Source: the human T2T-CHM13v2.0 reference genome, Homo sapiens. Taken from it: DNA of 64,000 bases. The DNA lies in the NCBI RefSeq assembly GCF_009914755.1, contig NC_060926.1. The stretch is one strand, 5' to 3'. The position numbers and the translations under genes are program-made. The notes beneath the pieces were generated by a model. It had not been told where the DNA came from and did no database searches. It saw nothing but the letters and a program-made list of their open reading frames with translations. Positions 44,343 through 61,720 of this stretch are shown piece after piece (within the stretch, counting starts at the first letter, position 1; every line of letters starts with the position of its first letter).

Positions 44343-44789
44343 TAAGTACCTTCTATGAATTTAGAAATAGGAAATAGTGTATACGAGGAAGTAGAATGTG
44401 GGTATCGAAAAACATTAGTTATTATAAGAATCATGTAATTGTTTAAATCATATGAATATGAAGAAATGGCATAATCACATTTCATATGTTTATTTGCTTT
44501 CAAATACTAATACCTTTCTGCTAGTGATATCCTCTTATCTATGTCATGGGACCTTTTATAGCAGAGGCTGCCTTATTTTTTCCTATTAATCTTCCTAAAT
44601 GGTGTATGTTATGATGTAGTCCCAGGAAGTTCCTATGTGAACATGTACGTATGTATTGAACAACATACATATGGCTGTACACATTTTGCTTTTTGGCATA
44701 TAGTGCATATTTATGTGAAATTTTATATTGTGGTATACTTTTATACTTTATAATACTTTAATATGTGTTTTTTTTTTCCCTTTTCACAG

Positions 44790-44900
44790 CTACTAGGTAT
44801 ATGGTTCATTAGTGAATGGATGGCCACTGGAAAAAGCACAGCTTTCCAGCTGGTGGAACTGGGCCCAGGTAGGGGAACCCTCGTGGGAGATATTTTGAGG
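44790..44900 (+). CDS. NDUFAF7: NDUFAF7 exon 4 (SAM-binding motif [10 protein letters not shown])
   Basis: AG/GT boundaries, 111 nt; class I methyltransferase motif I. Confidence 0.97.
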
Positions 44901-45190
44901 GTAGGTAATAAAAGAATGTCTTCTAGTCTCATATAAGTGAATTTTAGTACTTCTGAGTGTGCAAACCATGTTGATTTCATTGGTTTTCAGTTCCTTAATT
45001 TCATATTTCTCAGCTAAAATATAATGTCAGAATAATGTAATCAGTCATTACTTACTGTTGTCTGTAAACTTAAAAATTGGAGGGGAGGGGGAGAATATGA
45101 AAGCTAAAAATAGGAAACATTTAGAAGACATTATGGGAGAGTGTATTTGTTTCCTCAGGAAGGAAAGTTGTTAATTATATTAAAAGTTTA

Positions 45191-45640
<450 letters not shown>

Positions 45641-45669
45641 GCAGAAGGCATAAAGCAAAAGATTAATAT

Positions 45670-46980
<1,311 letters not shown>

Positions 46981-47181
46981 GGTAGATATTCTCTCTTGTA
47001 TCATTGTTTCTATCAGTCTACGTACTATTTTATGAAAACATTAAAAAGGAGGACAGTTGTTTATAGTACCTGATAAGTAATAGTATTTATTAAACTTTTG
47101 TAGTTTTTAGTATTTTGGAACTCATTAGTGTTTTTGAGTTTATTTTATATGTACCTGACAATTCAATGTAAAAAACAAACA

Positions 47182-47460
47182 TGGCTGGGCGCAGTGGCCC
47201 ATGCCTGTAATCGCAGCACTTTGGGAGTTCGAGGCTCCCAAAGTTCAAGATCAGCTTGGGCAATACGGTGAAACTCCATCTCTACAAAAAATACAAAAAT
47301 TACCCAGTCGTGGTAGCATGCGTCTGTGGTCGAAGCTAGTTGAGGGGCTGAGATGGGAGGATTGCTTGAGCCCAGGAGGTTGAGGCTGCAGTGAGCTGTG
47401 ATTATGCCTCTGAGTAACAAAGTGAGACCCTGTCTCAAAAAAAAAACCAAAAAACACCAA
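47182..47460 (+). mobile_element. AluJ-like element
   Basis: Diverged Alu. Confidence 0.85.
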
Positions 47461-48611
47461 CACATACTCAATATAAATTTAAATTTCTTGATGCTTTATG
47501 GTTTTTGCTTTAAATTAGAAATTAAAGGATTTAAAAAATATATAAAATATATAAACATATGACAAATAAGAATCTTGATTATTTGGGTGAAGAAAGAAAA
47601 CAAAATCACGAATTTAAATTTCCAGGGCTCTATTTTATGTTTTTCAGCAAGGTCATTTGAATATAAAATATTTAATAAGGACCTCAAATCATATTCTCTT
47701 GTTCAAGTACTTTAAAAGTTGATTCCAGAGCCCTTAAAATGTATGAAGGATGCTTTTCCAGACTGAGTCATAAGAAGTCCTAAAAGCCAAAGAATTTAAA
47801 GGGTTGTAAAGCAAATAGCCAGAGAAGTGTCAGACCTGTTTTATTTTTGATGTTACCTTCTGAAGGAATTTCTCCTGGGAAGTTTTTCCATTTGTATTTC
47901 GATCTCAAAACTAAATTTGGAAAAATCATCTTGTTCATATTATCAGTCTGGATGTGCATATTCATATCTCAAAAGTATTAATTGGAGGCAGATCACCAGT
48001 AGAAATTAAATTCAAATGAAAAATAATGTTGATACACTTTATGCTTTTGCTATTGATTTTTTAGCCTTAAAAGATTGGTAAAATATTAGTATTTTCCTTT
48101 TTCCCTTGCATGTTTACAACAGTGAAAAAATGTGTAGCTAAATATAGATTGAAAATGTGGCAGACCCCCGAGTTAAGCAGTCAGGTTTTCAGTACCATTC
48201 AGATTTGGTTCTTTGAGGTTAGAGTTCTCATCATCTCAAAGATGAGATTACTTCCTAGACCTAGAGATGTTATCAAATCAAGGCTGTGTACATTTTATTT
48301 CCTTGGTCTTTTTTTAGACTCCATAATCTGAATCATTGTTTTTATCAGATGCCAAATCTTTTATTTTCATTTGTTAATCATAATTTATCATTAGGAAACC
48401 AAATTGTGCATTGTTCATTTCTTATTTAGATTATGCTTAATAACTAGTAGGTTATGATTCTTATAGACTGCTGGAGAGTGGCTTGGGTAAGGAACACATC
48501 TCTCTGAAATATTACCTCTATTGTGACATGACTAAATCATTGATGTAAATGATTAGGAAACTTAAAACCTACTTAACACATTGTATTTTTTTTTCTTCTT
48601 TTGGTATTTAG

Positions 48612-48825
48612 GTGTTCACTCAACTTGGATCTGTGCTGAAAAATTGTGACATTTCAGTACATCTGGTAGAGGTAAGCCAAAAATTAAGTGAGATTCAAGC
48701 ATTGACACTGACTAAAGAGAAGGTCCCGTTAGAGCGAAATGCTGGATCCCCAGTGTATATGAAAGGTGTCACTAAGTCTGGGATTCCAATTTCCTGGTAC
48801 CGAGATCTGCACGATGTTCCAAAAG
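48612..48825 (+). CDS. NDUFAF7: NDUFAF7 exon 5
   Basis: AG/GT boundaries, 214 nt; VHLVEVS motif II. Confidence 0.96.
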
Positions 48826-49668
48826 GTAATTACCTTTATGTGGATTAATGAAAGAATTTTGATCACAACCCTCACAGTATTGATGGGACTGTAACTTTTT
48901 ACAGCAATATAATAGATTGAGTTACTGCTGCCAAGTCCCTTATCCATAGAGAGTAGCCTACTTTTTTCTAGAAAAGAGCATCTTAATAGAAAATAAAGTT
49001 GCCTGACATTAAGTAGTAGTTTATTTCATGAAGCTTTGTAAAATCCCAAACAAAATGTAAATCTCCTTTGTACTTTTGAGTATTTCCCTATAGCTAGGGT
49101 TGTACCGATGACGGAGCAGCCCAAGGCAGCTGGGGCTGATGGAAGCAGTGTTAGTAGGTGGGTTTAGTTCAGTTATAGAGTCTTTTAAAAAATCCTTACT
49201 TGCCTAAAGACAAGCAAGGTGTGGGGGAAAATCCCTGTACTAGTCAGGAATACTGACTAGTATTGACTAGTTTGAGTCTTGACTCAAAGCCAAAGTGGGG
49301 GTACGATCTTGGGTAAGGGATCTCAAGCCATTCCTGCCTCAGCCTTCTCAGGCTGAGAAGCCCGATTTTATGAAATCAAATTCCCTTCCAGCTAACAACT
49401 CTGACTTCTAATTTCTTTCAAGCCTTGTGATGAATAAAAGCTTTAACTGCTATTTCAGGTATTTCCATTTTCTGACCCCATTTATGTGTAAAATAAGAAT
49501 AGTAATAATTGTTCTATGTTCTGCAGTGTAAGTTTTCCATGAAGAGGTAGATAATTCTGTGGTAGTGATGATTATGGAGGAAGTAGGCATTTTTTTTACA
49601 GTTAATATTCAAAAGAATTAATTCCTGTGAAATGTGGAAACATTAATTGTTTTCCTCTTTTTAAATAG

Positions 49669-49727
49669 GGTACAGCTTTTATCTTGCACATGAATTTTTT
49701 GATGTTCTTCCTGTGCATAAATTTCAG
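49669..49727 (+). CDS. NDUFAF7: NDUFAF7 exon 6 (GYSFYLAHEFFDVLPVHKFQ)
   Basis: AG/GT boundaries, 59 nt; AHEFFD motif. Confidence 0.96.
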
Positions 49728-50031
49728 GTATTGAGGGGGGAAAAAAGTCATGTCTATAATTGAATACAAAAGGCATTGTGTTGCCAATGTTTATGGTATT
49801 TATTCAGTATACAAATTTTACTTGTTGAGGTTATTTTTAACTATTATTTGGAATTTTGGTACACAAATAATTCAAAAGCAAAAAATGAAATATTAATGAG
49901 AATTGTTAGTTCTCCTGGGATAATTATTAAGAATTCTTAATTCTTCTGATTTGAAGAAGTAAGGGAATGAAAAATGGTAAGATGGTAACTGGCTGTGGTG
50001 CAATGAAGGATTTACTTAAGCAAAAAAAAAA

Positions 50032-50727
<696 letters not shown>

Positions 50728-50896
50728 CTACTCATTGTTCAAAGGCAATGAAGTAATGAATTTAAGTAATTTTAAATAGTAAGTTCTCTGTAAATGTTAG
50801 TTACTTATGGTAAGAGGAGAAAAAGCTATTTTTGGTAGAAGCAATGTAGAGAACAAACTTGCAAAAATTTGTTTTTATGTGTTATTTTGTGTTTAG

Positions 50897-51007
50897 AAAA
50901 CACCACAGGGATGGCGAGAAGTATTTGTTGACATTGATCCACAGGTTTCTGATAAACTGAGGTTTGTTTTGGCACCTTCTGCCACCCCAGCAGAAGCCTT
51001 CATACAA
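50897..51007 (+). CDS. NDUFAF7: NDUFAF7 exon 7 (KTPQGWREVFVDIDP..AFIQ)
   Basis: AG/GT boundaries, 111 nt. Confidence 0.96.
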
Positions 51008-53084
51008 GTAAGAATATGCTTTTTTAAGTTTCTTTTATTGCTCACAGAATCTTCAAAGTCTTATTTTCTGAGTTACTACTTTAGAGTTTTAGAGTTCCTT
51101 TACAGGAAGAGTTGCTAGTAGCATACGAGGTGCTTTTTATTGACAGTGAAAGTGCAGAGGAGCTAGAGGCAGGAGCATGGGTTAAAATCATTTCTTAAGT
51201 GTGTGACCTTAACGTCATGTAGTAAGAGAAAGTAAGTAACCGCTTACTCAGCCAAGTCTCTTACTTTCACTGCTTATCTCAGTTTCATGTCAAATGGTAA
51301 TGGTATTGTCCACAGGAAGAGTTTACATCTGTGAAAGCAATGTAGTACAGACTATAGTAAATTAACAATAACAGCTAACGTTTGTTGAGTACTTTGTGTT
51401 ACTCTGTTTTCTCATTTAATTCTCAAAGCAACTATATTAGGTAGGTTCTATTATTATCCTTCTTTGGGCTACAGCATGGCTTTTATCCCATGCTTCCACA
51501 CAGATCTCAGTTTGATTCGGCCAGAATGGTAGAATTACTACTGCTTTCTGTTGATCTCAAGGAATCATTGCAAGAGCCTGTCTATTGTGGCTTGTTTAAA
51601 GGTACAAAAAAATCCCTGTACTTCTCAGGAACGTCCAGGCTTCAGACTGCCTCTTTTTTTTTAATCCTTTTTTTCCAGCTCAGAAGATGATTTTTACTTT
51701 CTGGACCTTAACTGAGAACTTCTTACTTAGAAATTATCAGTTTTAAAAGCACAAGAGCTTTTAAACTTAAATGTATGAATTAAGTTTTGTTAAGTATAAA
51801 TTTAAATGTCAGACTGAACACTTATGAACACCTGTTTTTTCATAGTATAGCAATCTAAGTTTACCTGAATGACATATTCATAGAACTACCAAGAACTAAC
51901 CTCCTGGCCCTGGGAGTTCATTTAGTTCTTGACCTAATTAGTATTCACTTAGGAAGGGAGGGAGCGAATATTCTCTTTCACTTGAATGAGATGCGTGGTA
52001 ATACATGTCATCTTGAAGAGTAGCCTAAGATAGAATGTCAGCATGATCAGCGTGTCCACTGATGCCTGATGAGGCTGACTTCATGGTTTTTATAGTTAAG
52101 CCACAGTAATTTGATTGCACTATTAGCTAAATGGTTAGTTATATTTAATCCTCACAATAAACCTACAATATCTATAAGGAAGAAAACAACTCAGAAAGTT
52201 TAAGTAACTTGTCTACCAGTAAGCATAGGAAGAGCTGAGATTTAACTTCATCTGACTCTATGCCTGTTACCATAGGCAGACATCAGGGCAGGTCATTACT
52301 GCATTTCTATAATAAGGTGTTAGGAAGGAGTACAAGTTAATGTATGTTTTCATAATGAAGGGAAAGAAATACCACATTTTCAATCAGATCAGGAAGTAGT
52401 GAAATTTCATATATACTAGTCAGGTTGACAAGTGTTAATACTTAGTGTGATTTTGCTTTTTAAGCTAGTACACACTTATTGTGGCCCCTTAGTTAAGTGG
52501 ACATCTTGGGGTAATAACGGTTTCAATACATTGGCACTAGTTTATAAGCCAGCGTTTCTTGATGTAGGGCATATCATTGGGATACTTTCTGGCACAACAG
52601 AGGGCATGATAATATAATTGTCTAATAGGGTCTGCTTCGTGTTATTGGATTTATACCATTTGTTCTTTCAGCACAATATTTTCATTGACTGTTACGTGCC
52701 TGGCACTGTTCTAGGCAGACAAAAAAATCCCTTTCCCATGCTTTCAACCTAGAGGAATGTGTTTATATGATTTGTGATACAAAAGTAATTTTACATTAAA
52801 TGATAATGCTCTAGGCCATCTGGGGGGATTGGGAGGGCATTTGCCTTTTTATAAAAGAGATTAAAATGTCTTTGTATATCAAGTGGGATAGCATCAAAGA
52901 ACTAAGGAGTTTTGTATAATAAAAAGGGAGTCAGGTGAAAAGTTGAGTGTAGAGAACATACTCATATTAAGAATTTATTTTTATTAAAACTAAGAAATGC
53001 TCATTGAGGAAAAACCTGAAAAACCGTAAGGAAGTCATTCTTTTGAATGATGCATTTTGACTCTTGCAATGATCCCTTTACTAG

Positions 53085-53228
53085 CATGACGAAACAAGGG
53101 ATCATGTTGAAGTGTGTCCTGATGCTGGTGTTATCATCGAGGAACTTTCTCAACGCATTGCATTAACTGGAGGTGCTGCACTGGTTGCTGATTATGGTCA
53201 TGATGGAACAAAGACAGATACCTTCAGA
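53085..53228 (+). CDS. NDUFAF7: NDUFAF7 exon 8 (..GGAALVADYGHDGTKTDTFR)
   Basis: AG/GT boundaries, 144 nt; DYG motif. Confidence 0.96.
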
Positions 53229-53907
53229 GTATGTATAATTCAGTAACATGATTTATCAGAATTTCAGTGTTAGATCTGAAGCCCATTGAAGAGCTTTGAT
53301 TTCTACAGTGCCTGGTATTGTTGTATTACATTATTTTATAGTTAACATTAATTCATGTTATTGTAATTCCCCTTAACCCTAGTTCTTACTGCTAACACTG
53401 AGTCTACTGTCCAGCCCTCCTTTAACAGGATCTGAATTGTGTACATTCTTCCTTAGTTGTAGAACCTATGTTTATATAAATCCAGATAAGCAGCTGAATA
53501 ATACAAATGGAAAGATTTTCTTCACATTCTTAAACCTATCTGTACCCCCCTTCATTCAAGAAAAATTTTGGTACTTCTTTACAGATTTAAACTACCTACT
53601 GTAATCATTCTAGCTTTTTCTATCATATTTTCAACATTTTTTCCCTTTCCAGATGTATTCTTTTACACTGTTCCTAAACATCCTTTCTTAATGATCTTTG
53701 AATATAATCAATTCTATTCAATATACTTTAATTGAAAAACATTTAACTAAATGCTCTTAGTCATTTTCTAGGTCTGTGGTTCTTAATTTCTAACTTTATC
53801 TAAAAATAACCTGGATAGTTTGTTGAAAATACTCATTCTCTAGCCTTACCTCCAGGATTCTGACTGACCAGGTCTGGTTAGGGTCAGTAATATATTCTCA
53901 GGTGATT

Positions 53908-54290
53908 TTTTTTTAAGTAATTTCAACTTTTATTTTAGATTTAGGGGGTACATGAGGCAGGTTTGTTATTTGTTACATGGGTATATTGCATTGACTCTGA
54001 GGTTTGGGGTACGAGTGAGCCTGTCACCCAGGTGGCAAGCATAGTACTCAGTAGATAGATTTTCAGCCCTTGTTCCCCTCCTCCTGTCTCCCCTCTAGTA
54101 GTCACCAGTGTTTGTTCCCATAAGTATGTTCACGTGTACCCAGTGTTTAGCTCTAAGTGAGATGTACATGTGGTATTTGGTTTTGTCCCTGCATTAATTC
54201 ACTTAGGATAATGGCCTCCAGCTATGTCTACGTTGCTGAAAAGGACGTGATTTCATTTTTTTTTATGGCTGTGTAGTAGTTTGTAGTGTA
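53908..54290 (-). mobile_element. 5'-truncated L1PA 3' end inserted into a MER5-like element
   Basis: L1PA 3'UTR in reverse; TSD tctcaggtgatt (53896-53907, 54291-54302). Confidence 0.85.
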
Positions 54291-54488
54291 TCTCAGGTGA
54301 TTCTGATGCATGGTTGATGCATATACTTTGTAAAACACTGCCTAGGTGTTCCCTGCCTAGAGAATTAATGAGAGCTCTATTCCGTCACCTCAAGCATTAA
54401 TGTAAATATTAAATAACTTTAATATGATAGCATTTCTTTAATCTTAATAACCATAAAAGGGCAAAAATCTGATTTCTTTATGTTCAAG

Positions 54489-54662
54489 GGGTTTTGCGAC
54501 CACAAGCTTCATGATGTCTTAATTGCCCCAGGAACAGCAGATCTAACAGCTGATGTGGACTTCAGTTATTTGCGAAGAATGGCACAGGGAAAAGTAGCCT
54601 CTCTGGGCCCAATAAAACAACACACATTTTTAAAAAATATGGGTATTGATGTCCGGCTGAAG
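54489..54662 (+). CDS. NDUFAF7: NDUFAF7 exon 9 (GFCDHKLHDVLIAPGTADLTADVDF..RLK)
   Basis: AG/GT boundaries, 174 nt; DLTADVDF motif. Confidence 0.97.
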
Positions 54663-55167
54663 GTAAGGTTTATTTTATTTCACTGTTATTAAGTACTTTC
54701 ATAGTATTTCAAAAATTACTTTAAATAGTATGTTCACCTGGCCTTAATGCTCTTGTAGTTAGCCAATCCTTGGTATTCCAGTCTTTTCAGGTAGTATAGG
54801 ATTTAGTAACTAGTCTGGTAAGTTTTATGCATCTCCATGGGAGGTAGCATTAAGACTTCCAAATAGTGTTTTTGTTTGTTAAGAAAACTGCGTTTATGGG
54901 TATGAATTTTCTAACTGTTCTTCTGAGAACACCTAAACCTTACTGTAGATCAAACCCCCTGAGGATATTTGTTAAAAATGCAAATCCTTAGGTTTGTTTC
55001 ACAGCAATCTACATTTTTAATAAGTACTCTATGATTCTCAGGCAGGTAATCAGAAGTCACATTTTGAGTGCTGTTTTATTGGAATATTTGAGAGTCATTA
55101 GTATTGCTGCATGTAACTAGGAATCCTGTCTTCTGGTTATTTTTGCTAAGAATTTTTTTCTTTTCAG

Positions 55168-55383
55168 GTTCTTTTAGATAAATCAAATGAGCCATCAGTG
55201 AGGCAGCAGTTACTTCAAGGATATGATATGTTAATGAATCCAAAGAAGATGGGAGAGAGATTTAACTTTTTTGCCTTGCTACCTCATCAGAGACTTCAAG
55301 GTGGAAGATATCAGAGGAATGCACGTCAGTCAAAACCCTTTGCATCCGTTGTAGCTGGGTTTAGTGAACTTGCTTGGCAGTGA
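55168..55383 (+). CDS. NDUFAF7: NDUFAF7 exon 10 (complex I assembly arginine methyltransferase, C-terminus ..FSELAWQ*)
   Basis: ttttcag| acceptor, TGA 55381-55383; the 10 exons total 1326 nt = 441 aa + stop. Confidence 0.97.
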   Translation, partial: VLLDKSNEPSVRQQLLQGYDMLMNPKKMGERFNFFALLPHQRLQGGRYQRNARQSKPFASVVAGFSELAWQ

Positions 55384-55429
55384 TATTTCAGCTTGGACAT
55401 TTTACCCTTCAGTCGGCCCAAGAAATCAA

Positions 55430-55435
55430 AATAAA
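55430..55435 (+). terminator. NDUFAF7: NDUFAF7 proximal AATAAA (a second lies at 55983-55988)
   Basis: Canonical hexamers downstream of the stop. Confidence 0.5.
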
Positions 55436-55665
55436 GGAAACACATTTCATATACTGCAGGTAACAAAAGTCAAAGTATTTTATCTTTTCACAGCAAGAAC
55501 AGTCCATGTTGTATATAATACAACCAACATTATAGAACTTTTAGGGTTGTGACTGGCTTTGGTGCAAATGTGTGCTCAAGCTAATAAGTTATTGTGAAAC
55601 TGAGTTTCCTTTAACTTACAAAGCTAGTTGCCATATTTCTATTTTATTTTAAAAAGTAAACATGC

Positions 55666-55980
<315 letters not shown>

Positions 55981-56401
55981 TTAATAAAAATGGGAAACAG
56001 ACTAAATGGCTATTCACAGGAAACTGATAAGATATATGTTATTTTTTTAAATGAGCTAGGGCAATATGTTTTGACAGAAAACTCTCTAAGATTTAGTAAG
56101 TGAAAAAAAGTAGGATGCAAGAGTTTTTATAGTTGATTCCATTTTTGTTGAAGGAGAAAAACTAAATAAATACGAGTAATTTCATAGAAACGAATACACT
56201 AGTGTACACTGGTTGTTTTCTGTGATATGTACTTGCATACAAAGTAAGGAATGAATGCACAATTTTCCCAATTTGGAAGTGACTTTGAGGGGCAGGGTGT
56301 GGCTGGGTATTTGAATTTCTTACATTGTGCATCTGTGCATTTTTTAAAAAATTATGAAGGTCACAGTAAGAAACAGTAAATCTTGACATGTAGTTCAAAT
56401 A

Positions 56402-56696
<295 letters not shown>

Positions 56697-56959
56697 CTAG
56701 GAGGAATAATTTTCAGATAAATGTCAAATTTTAGTTCTGTATTATGTTTTCATTTTTTGGTTGTTAGAAGCTGTGTGTTAATACTGGAAACAAAGAGTTA
56801 GAGAATTATTAATTAGCAACACAGATTTACAAGGGAGATTAAAGGGAAAGAATACTTTCCCTTGATGTCTTGAATTTACGGCTTAACTGTATCAGAAGTT
56901 CATTGGCAGTGATGAACTGTTGCTTTTTATTGCTGCTTCTGCTTGACAGGAGTAGCATT

Positions 56960-57160
56960 CTGTCCACACTACATGGCCATGTCATGTAGCCTTTGAATGT
57001 GGACCAACACAAATATGTAAGCTTTCTTAAAACATTATGAGATTTTTTTTTGCAATTTTTTTTTCAAGCTCATTAGCTATCATTAGTGGTGGTGTATTTT
57101 ATGTGTGGCACAAGATAGTTCTTCCAATGTGGCTAGGACCTAAAAGATTAGACACCCCTG
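56960..57160 (-). mobile_element. MER30 (hAT MITE)
   Basis: Reverse complement caggggtgtctaatctttt..ccacacataaaatacac..ctcataatgttttaagaaag. Confidence 0.82.
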
Positions 57161-57524
57161 CACTAAAGTAAAGGAAGACGGAGGCCTTGCTTTTCAGATG
57201 CTGCCCAGCCTCGGGCCACTCCTAGTTGTTCTCATTCTAGATTCCTGTATTTGTTTTCTTTTTTCAAAGACTTGGTTGGGAGAATTTTTGAAAGATGAGT
57301 TAAACGTCCATAGTTGGCTCCTCTCAGATATGTTAAAGTTTTTATAATTAAGGGGCTAGAGTCAGGCAATGCCTTATATCTTAACACCTAGAAAGTTTGA
57401 TATTAGGTTTTTAACTTTTTAAAGCCTTCTGGTAGTATAACAGTTGGATAATTTGGTGGTAGTTTCTGAAAAAGTTATACTTTACAAGAAATGAGACCTC
57501 CAGATAATCAACTCAAATTTAGTA

Positions 57525-60196
57525 GAAAATTATAAAATGAGCTTTTTTTTATTTTTGGCAGGTTAAAAAAAAATCAGTGTTTTTAAATATAGCATTAGTT
57601 CCATTTACAAATACTGTTTCCAAAATAGTTCTTTTACCAAGGTCTGGTAAAATAACACAACCAGGTAAAACTTTTCTTTGGATACTTATACTAGAAATAG
57701 GCTCAGGTTTTCACATGGAAAAGTATGGTGATAGGAAATACATTTTATTATCAAGCTTCCAGTATATTTACAAAAAGTTGGATATAACCAAAAAAATATT
57801 AAAAATGTACTGAACAGTCATTATAGACTACTTTGTACATTATCAAATGTTTCTAGCAATTACTTCTTTTACAAACACGACTTAAAGACAAAAAGTTATG
57901 CAGGTTATACAGTATCTGGAATAATCATTCAACTCCAGATTCTCTGACAGTGCCTTTACAAAATTTTTAGAAAACTTCTTAGGCATTTAACAACAAATAC
58001 AAAGAGTGCAATTAATTTCATGGCTTGTAAAGTTTGACTATGTAAGTATAGCAAACAAACATCGTTCCAGTTAATTTTCACCTTACATAGTAAAACCACA
58101 GTAGATTGATTGCCTAGTGACTCAGAATTATTCCATTTTGTGTGTGTTGATATAAACAGACTTTGGTGAAACTGGGAAGTCATCCTCTATCACAGGGAAA
58201 ATAACATTTCTAAAAAAAAATTTTTTTTGAAAATTAATTTGATTTAATCTTTGAAGCTTCTATAGAAGGACAAATTACCAAGAGGGGAATGTTTCCTGGA
58301 GGTATTTATGGGTAGATAGTACAGCATAATGGTTGGGAGGGCTAAGGGTAAGATTAGAGCCATACTACTGGTCTCAAATACTACTAACTGTTTGAAATTT
58401 GGCAGTAAGTTAATCTCCCCTTGCCTCAGTTTTCTTATCTTTAAGATGAAGCTCATAATGACTTAACACTATGGCTGCTGTGAGGGTAAACTAAAACATA
58501 AAAGAACTTAGAACACAGGAGTACTGCATACTGTTTGCTACTATTCTTTCAAGGATATTTTTAGTCTAGACAGGAGACTAGCTTCAGGGATGTCGAAAGG
58601 CCTTCTCAGTCTGTTCATGTACCAGAACATTCTTTTTTTTTTTTGCTACCTCAAATTCGGTGGGCAACGATAGTTAACACTTTCCTAGTTTTTAGTTTAT
58701 TTGACTGCATTCATACATATCTGATCTTCACGACAACACTGTGACAAAGGGAGAGGCAAGAATGATAATCTTCATTTTACAGACTGAGGAACTGCCGACA
58801 GACCTGCCATCTGTCCAGGCCAACATAACTAACAAGTAGTGGAGTCCAAGACCTCAGCAAAAGTTTTGTTCTTTTACTTTTGTTAGAGTGGAGAAGAAAA
58901 AAAAAAAGGTTTACAATGATTACTGAGAAATGAAGAAATAAGCCACTGTTTCTTACAAGTAGATGGTCCCACATCTTAAACTTTGGGGAAGATATTTAAA
59001 AATATTTTTTAAATAGCTGGCTGCTGGAGCTGAAATGTAAAAAGAAGTACTTCTTTCATTCTTTAATTTGCTGTGCTGATAATACAGCCCCAGCCTTATA
59101 AACTGTTTCATGCTCCACTCCTACACATCCCCTCAAACTGCTTAAAATAATTGACTTTAAAACACTCCAGATATCTGCAAAGCCCAATAGGCTAGGGGAA
59201 GGAGAAAAAAGGATACTGTTTGCTATACAGTAACTGTAGCATTAACTGACCCTGCACTGGCCCTGCTAAAAAGCAGAAATTACTGACTGAACCCTAGGTA
59301 AAGATAAATTGTGTAAAGCCGAGATCTGCACCTGCTGAATGCTGGAATCCAGTACTGGCATCAAGATGGTGTCAGTCAGAACATGCATATTTAGCAGCAG
59401 AGTGGAGCTATGCAAAGACATACAACTCAGCACTTAGACCAGCAGTACTCTTCCTTTTGTAACATCATTTGTCCCTAATTATCTTAGAAGCTGTTGCAAC
59501 ACACAGAAGGTGACAATCCTTATGCTGTATAGAACATATTCAGAGTAGCAGAGCAACTCCAAAAAGGTTAGGAATCACTATTTTGGAGTCTTGATTGACC
59601 TAAAAAAGAAAGGTAAAACAGCCCAGTGTGCTTTTTCTAGGCATCTAAGAAAAACCCTTCAATGCCTCTATGGTTTGTTAAACCAATGTTAAAAGTCCTT
59701 ATAGTAACATCACATAATGGTAACCTCACAGTTATCTCTTAAATACAAGCCTGTCGAGTAATCAATCTTGTAAGTCTTGTATAATTTAGCCAAGCTATAT
59801 AGTAACTGGATGCTAGCTTGACTTGTTTTTCCTTAAAAAAACAAACAAACATATATTTATATTTATATATATATATATATATAAAGAGAAATGGGAAGAC
59901 AAATTAAGTGAGCCTATTGTATTAAAGTGAAGGATTAAGAAAAAATACAAAACCAGTTATTGCTTAGGCTAAAAAAGTTTATAAAAAGCTTCACCTTGAT
60001 TCCATTATGACTTCTTATTATTCAGTTTCCCGCCTGTACCTACTCATTATGAACTACAGTACTGGTGTCACTTATTCGTTATCATATTTCTTCATATCTT
60101 TGCAGCACTGCAGATGACAATCTACAAAGAACAAGTTACACAGCAAAATATCAGTCCATAAAATGAAATCCTTCCTTATTTAGGTTAGCTCAGTGA
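57525..60196 (-). other. PRKD3: PRKD3 3'UTR (about 2.65 kb; AATAAA on the minus strand at 57548-57553; MIR fragments near 58320-58850)
   Basis: Alu-free AU-rich stretch after the stop, ending at a canonical hexamer; end approximate. Confidence 0.7.
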
Positions 60197-60370
60197 TTAA
60201 GGATCTTCTTCCATATCATCTGGATTAGGAGCCATAATGAAGTGCTTTGGGTATACAAGGTTATGTGTGTATGCATGTATTTCCCAGCGAGCATCATCAC
60301 TTTCATGTGTAATGTAACGTTCTCCAATGCGAGTTTCAAATTCTCTAAGGTCAAGCCAAGTCTGATAGTC
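60197..60370 (-). CDS. PRKD3: PRKD3 last coding exon ([36 protein letters not shown])
   Basis: cctag|GAC acceptor, TAA at 60197-60199; 174 nt; PKD3-type end without a PDZ-binding motif. Confidence 0.95.
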   Translation of the reverse strand, partial: DYQTWLDLREFETRIGERYITHESDDARWEIHAYTHNLVYPKHFIMAPNPDDMEEDP

Positions 60371-61181
60371 CTAGGAGAAAATGAAATTGTAATGATGAAA
60401 CAAAAGAAACAAAATACTGTCAACCTGGTTTTTGTTTTGTGTTTTTTTTTGTTGTTGTTTAGTGCCCTAGTCAAATAATTGACAGGCGCTACTCATAAGT
60501 ATCTACTATGTACTAAGTTCTACTTGTGATATTTTAAATGAGCAATTTAAAGAAATTTTTCAAACTCAGAGTCTCCAATGAATGAACGTAACTAATTTCT
60601 GAAATTAAAAAAAATTTGCTTCAGGCTTCTTAGGTGGCTAATAATAATCACTAAAACATTTTGTTCTATACAACGTGAGGCCTAAACCTTACTCAAAGTG
60701 GGGGAAAGTGCTTGGATGCTTATTAGGATAATTTAGTAACTGGTAGATGAGATTACATTTGTTTTAAAGCTAATTCTGCCTCTCACTCCCTATAAAATAG
60801 TTCTAAAGCTTCCCTCCTTACTCTGAAGTTTGGAGGGTATCTTTTGATAAATCTATAAAGTAACTTTGGGAGAATTAAGCCAAACATTTTTAAAAAATCT
60901 CTTCAATGCAAAAATAAATCCTTCAGTAGACATTTAAAATAAATTTGATAAATTAATATGTCATACTAATCTTACAAAAAGGTGAAATGAACACATAGGT
61001 CTATGAAAGGCTAAGTCATTGCTTTCAGTTCATGGGAGTTTAATTGCCTGTCATTACCGATCTGAATGCTGTATGGTTTCCAGAGATTCAGCCATAGTAC
61101 AAATTAATCACTTAAGAGCACTTTTATTATTCTGCTGATCTTAGAGTGGTCTCATTAGGTGGGACAAATCAGAGTGAACTA

Positions 61182-61442
<261 letters not shown>

Positions 61443-61499
61443 TTAGCTAACATGTAAAATGAATCATAAATGTTTACTGATTTAAGTGTATCTGTCAAA

Positions 61500-61720
61500 T
61501 TTTCATTGCCTTTATAAGGCAGTATAGAGTACAGGTTAAAGTATATACTCTGGAACCTGACTGCCTGGGCTGAAGTCTGGTTCTGCCACCTACTAGCTGT
61601 GTGATACTGGGTCAGTTACTAAATTATATTATGCCTCAGTTTCCTCATGAAGTTGCTGACATATGTTAAGGGCTTAGAACAGTGCTTAGCACATAAGTGC
61701 TAAGTATTAACTATTATTAT
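61500..61720 (+). mobile_element. MIR SINE
   Basis: ctgccacctactagctgtgtga..tgcctcagtttcctcat..cttagaacagtgc core. Confidence 0.8.
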
